Below are positions 19,166-28,110 of a stretch of 64,000 nucleotides of DNA, piece after piece. Under the pieces are notes generated by a model. It was not told the DNA's origin. It was given only the letters and a program-made list of their open reading frames with translations, and made no database searches. This stretch comes from an uncultured virus (IMG/VR IMGVR_UViG_3300044733_004038) (Duplodnaviria; Heunggongvirae; Uroviricota; Caudoviricetes), in the IMG/VR virus record IMGVR_UViG_3300044733_004038, one strand, 5' to 3'. A program made the translations under genes and the position numbers. Numbering within the stretch: the first letter of the stretch is position 1; each line of letters opens with the position of its first letter.

Positions 19166-21151
19166 ATGGCAACTCCACTTTACGATGAGAACGTAGCGGT
19201 ATACCGATACTTCACCGCTGACATCTTAAGTAATTCGGTAATTGCTGAAATACCTCTTAAAAGCGTAAGCTACGAACGAGCCATCAAAGGCGCTGGAGAT
19301 TTTAGTGGCAAGATTCCAGTAATTGACGGCAACGCGGCGTTGAATCTTTACGAGAGCACGATGCCAGGCAAGACTGCAATATACGTCGTTAGAAACAATG
19401 TGTGCGTCTGGGGTGGAATCATCTGGAGTCGGTCGTACAACGCAAAACAGCGTGTGATGACAATAAATGGATCAGAGTGGACGAGTTACTTCTACCATCG
19501 CAATATTTGGAAAACGTACACCCATGACTTTGAAGTGACAGTTGTAGTTACGAGCGGAGTTGCGCAGGTAACTATTGAAAATGGAAACTACGAAGTCCCA
19601 GTTGGCTCAAGCATTCGGCTTATATTTTATGAAGTCGGCAACTTTGTGTACAATGGCTATTATGTTGTAGCAGCAAGTCCAGCGCCTACTGACACTGTTT
19701 TTTACGTATCAGCTCCGTCTATACCAAACGGAACGTACACTCTTACCACACTGTACGTGCGCAGCGATGCGTACGACTACATGCGACAGCTAATCGACAG
19801 CGCACTTGTTGATTTTACAAACATAGAGTTCCCTAATGATGAAATTGAACCTGCAACTGCGACCAGGTACACTGTCACAAACAAGCAATTGTCGTCCAAC
19901 GTAGTGACGTTAACCACGTCTACGGCGCATAATTTAATCATAGGCCAGACAGTTCAAGTAGAAAACGTCGACTCGACGTTAGACGGCACATACGAAGTAT
20001 CTTCAATACCTACGTCAACGTCGTTTACGTACGATCTTACTGGAACAAACATTGCTTCAACAGCAGTGTCTAACGTGACTCTATCTGTGACTAACAAAGC
20101 ATACACTGCCGGAATAGCCACTCTTACAACTTCTGCGTCGCACGGGCTAGCTGTCGGTAACGTCGTCACAGTAGCTGGAGTTGACAGCACTAGCGCGAAT
20201 GAAATTACTTTTAACGGCATGTATAGCGTTGCTTCAGTTCCGACCGCTACTACGTTTACATATAGTACGTACGCTCTTAACAAAATTGCGTCTGTAGCGG
20301 CAAGTGGAACTGCAACTATTGTTAGAGCAGCTGTGTCAAGTACTTATGGAGAATTTCCAGCAAATGCTGATATTGGGCTTGACTACTCAGATTTAGGGTA
20401 CGCCGACAAAAACCTAGAAAACGCGACGTACCGTGGGTATTTGCTTAAGTCAGTTGGTGAAGAACTAGACGAATATTCCGACTCAATTGACGGTTTTGAG
20501 TACCGTGTTGACTGCGACTACGACCCGACTACCGGATCTTTTACACGCACACTTGTGTTTATTCCAATCAACTTTCCAAATCCTCCTGCGCCAGGCGAGG
20601 TCTCGCCGATTAGCAGATTTGGCGCTGACCAACTTGTATTTGAGTTTCCAGGAAATATAAACGACATAGACGTCAAAGAGTCTTCAGAAAATGCAGCCAC
20701 AAGATTTTTTGTAGTCGGCAATATTCCGGATCTTGGTGATGATATTAGCCAGCCGTACGCTGCGGCATCAGCTACGGATCTTCTTGCAGCAGGCTGGCCG
20801 CTATTAGATCAAGAAGAAGAAAAACAAGACATAAGCGACGAGCAGATTTTGTACGATCATGCTGCGCGTTACTTAAACGAGTTTCGTCCGCCTGTTGCAG
20901 ATATAACTATATCTGTGAACGGCTCGCTTAACCCTGTCGTCGGAACGTACTTTCCAGGTGACTGGTGCTCGATCATCGCCAACGACGAGTTTATTCGTCA
21001 ACGCTTATCAAGTGACCTTGAGGTGCGCGACACTGTTCTTGTTAGAAAAATCGATTCAATCAAGGTAAGCGTGCCAGATACCCCTTCTTTTCCAGAGCAA
21101 GTTAGCCTAGAGCTTGTCACAGAGTGGGAGGTTGATCGTCGTGGCGAGTAA
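19166..21151 (+). CDS. minor tail/hub protein
   Basis: IAEIPL..VSY...GAG.FSG, VWGGIIW, DGFEY, AGWPLL motifs; follows the Dit-like gene. Confidence 0.75.
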   Translation: MATPLYDENVAVYRYFTADILSNSVIAEIPLKSVSYERAIKGAGDFSGKIPVIDGNAALNLYESTMPGKTAIYVVRNNVCVWGGIIWSRSYNAKQRVMTINGSEWTSYFYHRNIWKTYTHDFEVTVVVTSGVAQVTIENGNYEVPVGSSIRLIFYEVGNFVYNGYYVVAASPAPTDTVFYVSAPSIPNGTYTLTTLYVRSDAYDYMRQLIDSALVDFTNIEFPNDEIEPATATRYTVTNKQLSSNVVTLTTSTAHNLIIGQTVQVENVDSTLDGTYEVSSIPTSTSFTYDLTGTNIASTAVSNVTLSVTNKAYTAGIATLTTSASHGLAVGNVVTVAGVDSTSANEITFNGMYSVASVPTATTFTYSTYALNKIASVAASGTATIVRAAVSSTYGEFPANADIGLDYSDLGYADKNLENATYRGYLLKSVGEELDEYSDSIDGFEYRVDCDYDPTTGSFTRTLVFIPINFPNPPAPGEVSPISRFGADQLVFEFPGNINDIDVKESSENAATRFFVVGNIPDLGDDISQPYAAASATDLLAAGWPLLDQEEEKQDISDEQILYDHAARYLNEFRPPVADITISVNGSLNPVVGTYFPGDWCSIIANDEFIRQRLSSDLEVRDTVLVRKIDSIKVSVPDTPSFPEQVSLELVTEWEVDRRGE

Positions 21152-22427
21152 CCGTCGTAGAAGTCTTCGCAGACTTGGCAACTACGTTAGCCGGCTTGAT
21201 CGTCGAGTTCGCGGTATGGCGCGACGCCCGTCTGTTAGAAAAGTCGCTGACAGAAGCGTAGGAGAACCTAAACTAGAAGAAGGCGCTGTAACAGTTTCAA
21301 TTCTCAGCACTGAGGTTTCAGGATCAATTGAGGACGCACAGGACGCGGCCGACGCGGCGCAGACTACAGCCGACGGAAAAAATAAGGTATATCGTCAAAC
21401 AACAGCTCCATCGGGATCAAGTCACACTACCGGCGACCTGTGGTTTGATACTGATGATGACAATAGGTTTTATCGATGGACAGGCAGCGCGTGGGGTGGA
21501 TTTGAACTAGGAGACAACGCACTTGCTAGCATTAGCGCTAACAAGATAACAGCCGGAACAATTGATGCAAGTGTGATCACAGTGTCTAACCTTGACGCGG
21601 GCAACATTACCGTAGGTATACTTAACGGCATTGAAGTGATCGCCACTACCGGTCAGATTGGCGACTGGGTGTTCGACCCGGTGTACGGTGACGGCAGTCT
21701 TCGAACTGTTCCTACCAATCCTGGCGACCAAGCGATGATCTTAGACCCGTCAGGAAATGACGGGACCGGCGCAATATCTGCGGCAGGAGTTAATATTGGA
21801 AACGGCGAAGTAGTTGCGCAGAACATAGAAGTACGCGATCCCGCCGACAACGCCAGCACTGACTCAAAGGGCATATACTATTTTCGTCCGTTTATCGTTG
21901 AAGAAAGCCAGACCGGCACTCCGTACGCTATCTCATTTTACTTTGACCCGACTGACACGACTGGATCGGATGACGGCACCTTATTCGCTTATATGTACGG
22001 TGAGTCTGAGACGATAAAGTACTGCATCGCCGGCTGCGGATCTAGCACACCACCTGTGACACCACCTGTGACACCACCTGTGACACCACCTGTGACACCA
22101 CCTGTGACACCACCTGTGGTTCCACCGGATATTCCCGGCGAGTACAGATATTGCTCGGAACTACAAGTTTCACTTGGTGAAGATGGCTGTGTAACAACAG
22201 GTCAATGTATTGAACCAGGTTGGGGCGCGATATGCACACCTCCAGTCACACCTCCAGTCACACCTCCAGTCACACCTCCTGTTACTCCACCAGTTACACC
22301 TCCAGTCACACCTCCAGTCACACCTCCTGTTACTCCACCAGTTACACCTCCTTGTCCAGATTGTGGCGACATTGGTCCATGTTGTGGCGTTTGCGTTGGC
22401 GTGAAGGGTGTGTACTCGTGTCAGTAG
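21141..22427 (+). CDS. tail fibre-like minor tail protein with (TPPV)n repeats and Cys-rich tip
   Basis: GTG after GGGAGG; AQTTADGKN, GDLWFDTDD, ISANKITAGTIDA motifs; two TPPV tracts. Confidence 0.7.
   Translation: MASNRRRSLRRLGNYVSRLDRRVRGMARRPSVRKVADRSVGEPKLEEGAVTVSILSTEVSGSIEDAQDAADAAQTTADGKNKVYRQTTAPSGSSHTTGDLWFDTDDDNRFYRWTGSAWGGFELGDNALASISANKITAGTIDASVITVSNLDAGNITVGILNGIEVIATTGQIGDWVFDPVYGDGSLRTVPTNPGDQAMILDPSGNDGTGAISAAGVNIGNGEVVAQNIEVRDPADNASTDSKGIYYFRPFIVEESQTGTPYAISFYFDPTDTTGSDDGTLFAYMYGESETIKYCIAGCGSSTPPVTPPVTPPVTPPVTPPVTPPVVPPDIPGEYRYCSELQVSLGEDGCVTTGQCIEPGWGAICTPPVTPPVTPPVTPPVTPPVTPPVTPPVTPPVTPPVTPPCPDCGDIGPCCGVCVGVKGVYSCQ
22047..22118 (+). repeat. 6 perfect copies of ACACCACCTGTG (TPPV)
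   Basis: Read directly from the sequence. Confidence 0.95.
22236..22352 (+). repeat. ~10 copies of a 12-bp TPPV unit with synonymous variation
   Basis: ACACCTCCAGTC / ACACCTCCTGTT / ACTCCACCAGTT units. Confidence 0.9.
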
Positions 22428-22514
22428 AACCATCGATAATTGCCTTGGATGAGTGGTTGTTTAGTTATAATTGGGTAAGCCTTGAATTAGTTGAAGAAAA
22501 AAGGAGTGCTTACG

Positions 22515-22988
22515 ATGACAACAAATGATGCGTGGTCAGATATAGCCCCAATTGTCAGCGAAGAATTGGTTACAACACTATGGGATGATATGGTCAATTT
22601 ATTTGGCGAAATCGACCTCAACAACAAGGGTTATTCGCAGCGGATTAAAGAAGTAAGGTCGCCTAAGTGGGGCAATTCAGAAACCATCAAATCAGTTAGA
22701 TACACATTGTTCAGAGATGACAATGGCTATTTAATTTGTTTACACGCAGGCTACGTGGATGAAAATGGCGTACAGCGTCCGTGGTTTATTATTACTCACC
22801 CAAATTATCAACGTCAAGGATATGCGACAAGGTTGGCAGATTTTATTACAAGTCAACGAGAAGAAGAGATTGGACAAGGCTTCCCATATCAAGATGCTTG
22901 GACCAATATTGAAATGACTCCAGCAAGTGCAGGATTTGCAAATAAATACGCAAAATCTAAGTTGATAAGCGGTTCGGGCGGAGCATAA
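22515..22988 (+). CDS. GNAT-family acetyltransferase-like protein
   Basis: Acetyl-CoA motif A THPNYQRQGYATRL; AAGGAG RBS before ATG 22515. Confidence 0.6.
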   Translation: MTTNDAWSDIAPIVSEELVTTLWDDMVNLFGEIDLNNKGYSQRIKEVRSPKWGNSETIKSVRYTLFRDDNGYLICLHAGYVDENGVQRPWFIITHPNYQRQGYATRLADFITSQREEEIGQGFPYQDAWTNIEMTPASAGFANKYAKSKLISGSGGA

Positions 22989-22990
22989 AT

Positions 22991-23383
22991 ATGATTTTAA
23001 CCGAAACAGACATTACATTTAGCCCCGAAAGAGATGGCTATCCTGGCATTGCAATTGCATTTGTGATTGACAATGAAGTTGTGTATACAAAGTCTTTTCA
23101 GCCGTCTTTTGCCGAAAACTATTTGCTAAACTCGCCCAGCATCGTAGCGTCAGTTGACCAGCCTGGCGCTGTTGTAATTACTTCTTCTGCTGGTGCAGTT
23201 GAGGCTACTGTAAGTGAGATGCTTGCGGCAATACTACTGAGCAGTCCGTTAATCATTAAACTTACGCTTGAAAATGGAAAACACGTTGGTGCTGGCTGGC
23301 GCCACGACGAATACGGATTTTACGTAACCACAATTCGCAACGGAGAAACAGTTAGATACGCAGGAAGTGGACAATATGTCTGA
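22991..23383 (+). CDS. hypothetical protein
   Basis: 130-aa ORF packed in the cassette. Confidence 0.7.
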   Translation: MILTETDITFSPERDGYPGIAIAFVIDNEVVYTKSFQPSFAENYLLNSPSIVASVDQPGAVVITSSAGAVEATVSEMLAAILLSSPLIIKLTLENGKHVGAGWRHDEYGFYVTTIRNGETVRYAGSGQYV

Positions 23384-23612
23384 AAAAACTCCTTGGCAAC
23401 TGTTTAAAGAAAAAAATGGCGGAGTTACTCCACTAGATTTAATCAATCGAAACGCTCCCAGATCTAGCGAAGAGCTTGCAGCAGCACGATACACTACGTG
23501 TCAAGGCTGCGAGCGCTTTTTAAGCGTCACTAAGCAGTGTCTTGAGTGCGGTTGTTTTATGAATCTAAAAACACGACTACTAAACGCAAAGTGCCCGCTT
23601 GGCAAGTGGTGA
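23376..23612 (+). CDS. small Cys-rich protein
   Basis: RY.TC..C......QC.ECGC........CPLGKW. Confidence 0.7.
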   Translation: MSEKTPWQLFKEKNGGVTPLDLINRNAPRSSEELAAARYTTCQGCERFLSVTKQCLECGCFMNLKTRLLNAKCPLGKW

Positions 23613-23613
23613 T

Positions 23614-24969
23614 ATGCGAAATGGAAAAATTGAATTTGAGCTTCCAAATCCGCTAATCAGCGAACCTGTAGTAATTAAATCATTCTTCCCAGACGAAATG
23701 TTTTCTCGTGTTAAGAAAAGCGTAAACGACCTCAATCTCGGACCAGACGGCCCTAGCTACTACCATACGATGCTGGGACGATGGGAATCTCCAATCAGTT
23801 TTTCTAAGGACATTGAAGAATTTTCTTTGAAAAAAGCTAGAGAAGTATTCAATGATGACACCTTGCTTAAAGCGTATTTCTTTGTTGTCAGGTATCAGTC
23901 AATCAATGGCTGTATTCCGCACTTATGGGAGCACGTAGATCAAAATGGAACACAGACAACAGTTGATTTAACAATTGAAAATACCGCAAAGTGGAACCTA
24001 ATTGTAGAAGAAAAAGAATACGAGCAAAATGAAAATGAAGGAATAATCTTTGCAGGGCAGCAGCATACGCACGCGCGTCCTGCATATCCTTCTAGGCGCT
24101 CTGATGTGCACACTACTGTGGTGTTTATGCATTTTACTCGGCCTGATCATTGGATTCAAAAGAAAACTCGAGGAAATGACATAGGGCGGTATGGAAGTGA
24201 CGGCGACATTAGGTTTTTTAACAGAAACCGGTACATTCCAATGCCCGACGCACCGATCAATCAACCTGTCTGCTCGTGTCATGACTACTCTGGCGTTTTG
24301 TCACTTTACGACAAAATTCTTGGAGAGTACACAGACGACGAGCCAGAACTTGTTGACATGTCTGTTGAAGAAAAGACTGTGATTGCTCCAGGAATAGTGC
24401 AATACCAAATATCAAAACAGTCTGCTCAAACTCTTAAGGGTCTTGCGCAGAATTCGTGCTACAAGCTTTGGAAGCCTGCCCAGGTGCTTAGTGAGGAGCG
24501 AGATCCGACTGTTAACTACCAAGCTAGAACCTGCTACGTTAAGTTTATCAATAGTACCCAGCTGTCGTGTCATGTTCATGACCCAATACGTAGACTATAC
24601 GAAAGTCTTGAAGCTGGCATGGCTCCAATCATCAAAGACTTTAGAAAAATGTACAGCATACGAGAGCTGCAGTCGACAAACTGGCAGCTTACAAGATACG
24701 AGCGCGGTGGCTCTTTCCATAATCACGTTGATGACTGCTTAGAGTTTCCTAGAGTTGTCTCTGTCTCTGCTTTTCTAAATGACGGCTACACTGGTGGAGA
24801 TTTAGTGTTTACTCATAAAAACGTCAGGATTACTCGCGGCGCTGGCAAGATTGTCGTGTTTAGCTCGGGCTTTGAGAACATGCACTGTGTCGAGCCGGTA
24901 GCGAGCGGAATGCGATACGCCGCCGTAAAGTGGTACAACCACCTAGGCGGCACAAAAAACGGAACATAG
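23614..24969 (+). CDS. tandem two-domain 2OG-Fe(II) oxygenase (prolyl-4-hydroxylase-like)
   Basis: Two HxD...H sets: EHVD...HTHAR and NHVD...LNDGYTGG.L.F...HCVEPVASG.RY. Confidence 0.8.
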   Translation: MRNGKIEFELPNPLISEPVVIKSFFPDEMFSRVKKSVNDLNLGPDGPSYYHTMLGRWESPISFSKDIEEFSLKKAREVFNDDTLLKAYFFVVRYQSINGCIPHLWEHVDQNGTQTTVDLTIENTAKWNLIVEEKEYEQNENEGIIFAGQQHTHARPAYPSRRSDVHTTVVFMHFTRPDHWIQKKTRGNDIGRYGSDGDIRFFNRNRYIPMPDAPINQPVCSCHDYSGVLSLYDKILGEYTDDEPELVDMSVEEKTVIAPGIVQYQISKQSAQTLKGLAQNSCYKLWKPAQVLSEERDPTVNYQARTCYVKFINSTQLSCHVHDPIRRLYESLEAGMAPIIKDFRKMYSIRELQSTNWQLTRYERGGSFHNHVDDCLEFPRVVSVSAFLNDGYTGGDLVFTHKNVRITRGAGKIVVFSSGFENMHCVEPVASGMRYAAVKWYNHLGGTKNGT

Positions 24970-25075
24970 CAGCATCTGTAAGATATAGCAGTCAAACTGC
25001 TTGATAAGCGTCAACAGCAGCTAATCCATTTGATATTATTTACACAAGCACATAGTGATAAAGAAAAGACCTTAA

Positions 25076-25546
25076 ATGATTCAAGTAAAAGACGGCTCAA
25101 GAACACTTCAGTTTAGTGGTACGCTCTTAGGCAAATCTTCCTCGTGGAGAAGCGGTTCAACACGTTGGATTGAGTTCGCGCTTTACAAAACTGAGAACGG
25201 CTCTTATGTTCTTTCTCGAATTGGAGTATCCGTTGTGTACCACGGCGCTGCTTGTCATTTAGTCAAACGATACGGTTTACAGGAGCTAAAACCTGAGCAC
25301 GCTAAAGACGGAATGATACCCTGTGAAGACTGTCGTCCATCATTTGAAGCAGGCCTTATATTTCCAGAAAAAGACAGATACTGGGCTCAAGTTAGCGAAG
25401 ATCCTAACGCTGTTCTTGAAGCATTGTACAAATACGATAACGGCGGTGCTCGCTATTTAACAAACGTTGCTCAGCGTCTATTGGATGACGCAGCCTCTCT
25501 AGACAAAGGAATAGAAAAGATTTATAAGGTAGAAGTCATTCCTTAG
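25076..25546 (+). CDS. hypothetical protein
   Basis: 156-aa ORF with H...C...CxxC; first gene after an AT-rich gap. Confidence 0.75.
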   Translation: MIQVKDGSRTLQFSGTLLGKSSSWRSGSTRWIEFALYKTENGSYVLSRIGVSVVYHGAACHLVKRYGLQELKPEHAKDGMIPCEDCRPSFEAGLIFPEKDRYWAQVSEDPNAVLEALYKYDNGGARYLTNVAQRLLDDAASLDKGIEKIYKVEVIP

Positions 25547-25592
25547 ACACTTTATTTGATACTATCTAATGACACAAGACGAAAGATAAAAA

Positions 25593-26603
25593 ATGTTTAT
25601 AGTGATTGAAGGCGCTGACGGCTCTGGTAAGTCGTCACTTATTGCTGAAATTAAGTCGCAGATTCAGGCAAGATTCCCTGAGAGAAGCGTCACGGAATTT
25701 CATAAAGGTAAGCCAGAAGAAGAGACGCTCCGTTGGGTGCTAAATGAATACGCGATTTCAATTGAAAAGCAAGACTGGACGTCCCGTCTTGCGATTGCAG
25801 ACCGATGGCACTGGGGAGAAGTTACCTACGCACCTATCAAGCGCCCTCATACGTGCAACGACTCGTACGGGCTTCTCGGTCGATCTGGTTGGCGCTGGGT
25901 AGAGCTATTTCTTATGTCACGTGGAGTTGCACAATTTTGGCTGTATCAGCCACTAGAAGTGCTAATTGAAAGAATCAATTCTCGCGGCGATGATTTTGTC
26001 AACACAGATGAGCTGGCACAAGTTCTTGAATACTATTCGTTTGGAGCTGGCGCTACCGCGCGCCTTGCTGGTAAAATTCAACCGCATCCATATAATTTTA
26101 ATGACGTAGGTGAGATTGCTACGGAGATAATCAACAAGGCTGAACGCATCGCTGAGGCTTCAGCAAAACTTGCTGAGTACCCGGAATATATAGGAGCTCC
26201 AAACCCTACTGCGCTTATAGTAGGTGATCAGCGCAACGTAACTTTAAAGTATGGAAATGAGACTATTCTTCCTTTTATGCCAGTGAACAGTAACTCTGGT
26301 GACTTTTTACTTAGTAGCATTCCGCATACAGTTTGGAAACAATACGGCATAGTAAACGCGAACGAGTTCTACGGCTCACGTCTGTTCAGTTTATGGGAAG
26401 CCTTAGGCCGCCCGAGAATAGTAGCTCTAGGGCGCATGGCAGAAAAAGGACTGCTGCTGTCTGGAATTGAATCCAGAAACATGACAGTCATGCCGCATCC
26501 GCAGTATGTCAAAAGATTTCATCACTACGACAAAAAAGCGTATGGCGCTGCTATAGCAGCAGCGGCTGAAGGGAGAGCAGAAGAGTCATGGACACTACGG
26601 TAA
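25593..26603 (+). CDS. dNMP (thymidylate-like) kinase fused to a uracil-DNA-glycosylase-like domain
   Basis: IVIEGADGSGKS, ADRWH, RGDD (kinase); YIG...ALIVGD..PF....SG.FL...IVALG...PHPQY (UDG fold). Confidence 0.75.
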   Translation: MFIVIEGADGSGKSSLIAEIKSQIQARFPERSVTEFHKGKPEEETLRWVLNEYAISIEKQDWTSRLAIADRWHWGEVTYAPIKRPHTCNDSYGLLGRSGWRWVELFLMSRGVAQFWLYQPLEVLIERINSRGDDFVNTDELAQVLEYYSFGAGATARLAGKIQPHPYNFNDVGEIATEIINKAERIAEASAKLAEYPEYIGAPNPTALIVGDQRNVTLKYGNETILPFMPVNSNSGDFLLSSIPHTVWKQYGIVNANEFYGSRLFSLWEALGRPRIVALGRMAEKGLLLSGIESRNMTVMPHPQYVKRFHHYDKKAYGAAIAAAAEGRAEESWTLR

Positions 26604-27451
26604 TTCGTGTTGAAGACGGAGTGAACGGCTACGTCGATCTTGTTAACTGGGTTCTTAAGTATGGCAAAGAAGTTGCTCCGCGCGGGCAGCAAACTAAAGA
26701 AATTGAAGATGCCACTGTCTTCATTGATAACGTCTATAATACTCTGCCTGTTGGCGTCAGCCGCGGCGCGGTGCCTGGCATTGGCGCAGTCGAAGCTTGT
26801 CAGCTAATTGCTGGCGTAAGCTATCCAAAGACAGTCATAGCCGTCGGTCCGCAGTTCAAAAATTTTGCAGAAGACAACGGACTGTTTCACGGCGCGTACG
26901 GTCTACGCACGCACACACAGTACGCTAAGGCGCTAGACAGACTTAAAAACGATCCTAGTACGCGGCAAGCAGTTGTAACTATCTGGGACCCAGAATTAGA
27001 CTTGCAATCAAACAAACGCGACTACCCTTGCACTATTCTTCATCAGTTTAGAATTCGCAATAACAGACTTAACATGAGCGTCTACATGAGATCCAATGAC
27101 GTCTGGCTTGGCGCTGCATATGACTTTTTTCAGTTTACTAGAGTACAAATCGCCATGGCGTCTATACTTGGAATTGAGCCAGGGACGTACGGACATCATG
27201 TCGGCTCGTTGCATTTGTACGAGCAGCACTACGAAGTAGCTGAAGATCTACATCATGTAGAGCGAAGCTCTATTGAATCGATACCGCCAATAACTGGGTC
27301 TTCATGGACGCAAGTAGAGGCAAAAGCCCGTCATGCGCTTGACGCGGTGTTTGATGAGTACATCCGTCAACGGCTAACTCCAGATCAAAAGTGGTACACT
27401 GACGCGATGATTTCGGCTATAGAGAAGAACTTCAAAAAGGAGAGCAAGTGA
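26588..27451 (+). CDS. thymidylate synthase homolog, dCMP-modifying (hydroxymethylase-like) type
   Basis: GAYG, RQAV, PCT, MRSNDVWLGAAYD, SLHLY; Asp at the ThyA Asn177-equivalent position. Confidence 0.8.
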   Translation: MDTTVIRVEDGVNGYVDLVNWVLKYGKEVAPRGQQTKEIEDATVFIDNVYNTLPVGVSRGAVPGIGAVEACQLIAGVSYPKTVIAVGPQFKNFAEDNGLFHGAYGLRTHTQYAKALDRLKNDPSTRQAVVTIWDPELDLQSNKRDYPCTILHQFRIRNNRLNMSVYMRSNDVWLGAAYDFFQFTRVQIAMASILGIEPGTYGHHVGSLHLYEQHYEVAEDLHHVERSSIESIPPITGSSWTQVEAKARHALDAVFDEYIRQRLTPDQKWYTDAMISAIEKNFKKESK

Positions 27452-27627
27452 AAGAAGACGACGACTATCCAAGCCCACTTAGAAGCGTTGCTGTACAGAT
27501 GCATGAAGTGTTTTCAGAGTTTAGACGTGCAGGATTCAGTCGCAAAGAGGCGTTAGAACTTGTTGCAAAAATACTGACCGGCACAGTTGGCTCTATAATC
27601 GAAGAAAACAACAAGGAAGAAGAGTAA
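27448..27627 (+). CDS. small hypothetical protein (59 aa, not in ORF track)
   Basis: GTGA overlap, AAGGAG RBS; MKEDDDYPSPLRSVAVQMHEVFSEFRRAGFSRKEALELV...; stop abuts the next ATG. Confidence 0.7.
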   Translation: MKEDDDYPSPLRSVAVQMHEVFSEFRRAGFSRKEALELVAKILTGTVGSIIEENNKEEE

Positions 27628-28110
27628 ATGACGCTTAAAAGGTTGTCTTGGGACGATACATGGTTGTCCGTCGCTGACATCGTGTCTGCGCGATCTCGAT
27701 GCACGCGGGCGCAGATGGGCGCAGTGATCGTTTCTCATGATCAACACATTGTTGCCACTGGGTACAATGGACCAGCCGCTAGTTGGCCAGAGTCAGGCGA
27801 CTGCATCAACTGGTGCGATCGCGCTAAAGGTTTAAGCCCACTTGACAACTTATATGATGCTTGCCCTGCTGTTCACGCAGAGGCAAACGCGCTTCTGTAC
27901 GTTGATAGATCACGAAGCGAGAATGGAACTATCTACATAACAAGTGTGCCGTGCATGCAGTGCGCTAAGCTTATTTCAAACTCAGGAATACGCAGAGTAG
28001 TGTCTAGACTGCGCAAGGCTGACATGCATCGTAGACCATATGATGTCGTCGCGTTTATGGAAAAGTGCAGTTTAGTTGTCACGCTAGTCAAGGATAAAGA
28101 TGTCGACTGA
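27628..28110 (+). CDS. dCMP deaminase
   Basis: RSRC, TGYNG, HAEANA, PCMQC. Confidence 0.9.
   Translation: MTLKRLSWDDTWLSVADIVSARSRCTRAQMGAVIVSHDQHIVATGYNGPAASWPESGDCINWCDRAKGLSPLDNLYDACPAVHAEANALLYVDRSRSENGTIYITSVPCMQCAKLISNSGIRRVVSRLRKADMHRRPYDVVAFMEKCSLVVTLVKDKDVD

Noticed and set aside
22047..22352. Short tandem repeats as a CRISPR array
   Set aside because: 12-bp units without spacers, in frame in a CDS encoding TPPV.
23614..24969. TET/JBP-like DNA oxygenase partnering the C5-MTase
   Set aside because: Motifs are prolyl-hydroxylase-like and the gene lies in the tail cassette, 13 kb from the MTase; not formally excluded.
26588..27451. Ordinary ThyA or dUMP hydroxymethylase (hmU pathway)
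   Set aside because: Asp rather than Asn at the specificity position favours dCMP.
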